IMG/VR virus record: IMGVR_UViG_3300010266_000003
Location: 1 to 40,271 of that record
Source of the DNA: a virus
Strand: one strand, 5' to 3'
DNA: 40,271 nucleotides
The translations under genes and the position numbers were made by a program. A model generated the notes under the pieces. The model worked only from the letters and a program-made list of their open reading frames with translations, made no database searches and was not told where the DNA came from. Positions 40,109-40,271 of the stretch are shown piece by piece (within the stretch, counting starts at the first letter, position 1; every line of letters starts with the position of its first letter).

Positions 40109-40271
40109 CTATCTCACGATCTGTGCCGCAAGGAATCCCACAGCGCCCGAGACGGCCAGCCAAATGAGCTTGTCCACGATACCGTCCCAGCGCTTGGCGG
40201 GCTTCTCGGTGAGGGCCTTCACGTCGGTCTTGATCTCCTTCACGTCGGTCTCCACCGTCTCCTGCCGTGTC
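40109..40271 (-). CDS. XhlA-like protein, 3' part (duplicated overlap plus unique C-terminus)
   Basis: The same frame as 1-250 ends ...IWLAVSGAVGFLAAQIVR with TAG at 40111-40109. The C-terminal segment is hydrophobic. Confidence 0.7.
   Translation of the reverse strand, partial: TRQETVETDVKEIKTDVKALTEKPAKRWDGIVDKLIWLAVSGAVGFLAAQIVR
40153..40271 (+). repeat. Terminal direct repeat copy 2 (circularisation overlap)
   Basis: Identical to 1-119. Confidence 0.9.

Larger units (their letters stand above)
1..40271. mobile_element. Complete temperate contractile-tailed (PBSX/Xkd-like) phage genome, circularly closed contig
   Basis: A full set of lysogeny, replication, packaging, head, tail and lysis modules is present in canonical order. 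A serine integrase is present. The first 119 bp equal the last 119 bp. Confidence 0.9.

Noticed and set aside
1-40271. tRNA, rRNA, IS elements or transposase genes
   Set aside because: I scanned the intergenic gaps (17153-17338, 18029-18104, 23212-23340, 27219-27486, 34166-34256, 36653-37056, 38353-38455, 40034-40108). I saw no cloverleaf-type T-loop/acceptor patterns, no transposase-like ORFs and no terminal inverted repeats.

Overview
The window is a complete temperate phage genome of about 40.15 kb, assembled as a circle: bases 1-119 are identical to 40153-40271, and the junction falls inside a gene. The phage has a contractile tail of the PBSX/Xkd type. Most of it is high GC (above 60% on sampled lines) with Firmicute-style gene content, so I infer a high-GC Clostridia host, possibly Oscillospiraceae.

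Nearly all genes run on the minus strand as one long early-to-late series:
- Early: cro-like gene, small early genes, 3D-domain hydrolase, HTH protein.
- Recombination and replication: SMC-like ATPase, AAA_24/Sak4-like ATPase, DUF669, SF2 helicase, primase-helicase.
- Middle: RusA, Dam methylase, YopX, DUF551, two small late regulators.
- Head: terS, terL, portal, MuF/gp7, scaffold, P22-type coat, connectors.
- Tail: sheath, tube, frameshifted chaperone, tape measure, LysM/baseplate block, two tail fibres.
- Lysis: endolysin, holin, XhlA.

A lower-GC plus-strand block (about 35.6-40.0 kb) carries the repressor, a DUF4041 + T5orf172 nuclease-like moron and a large serine integrase.

I saw no rRNA, tRNA, CRISPR array, reverse transcriptase or IS element.

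The most interesting candidates are:
1. The nuclease-like moron between repressor and integrase, a putative prophage-borne defence.
2. A low-GC C-terminal toxin-like extension on the MuF head protein, translationally coupled to a small acidic immunity-like gene.
3. An opposite-strand small gene embedded in the early operon.
4. Identical operator palindromes flanking the cro-like gene.
5. A repeat-bracketed HTH gene containing a 45-bp in-frame tandem array.
6. A densely structured 270-bp spacer next to the primase gene.

All domain assignments come from motif recognition by eye and need profile searches to confirm.
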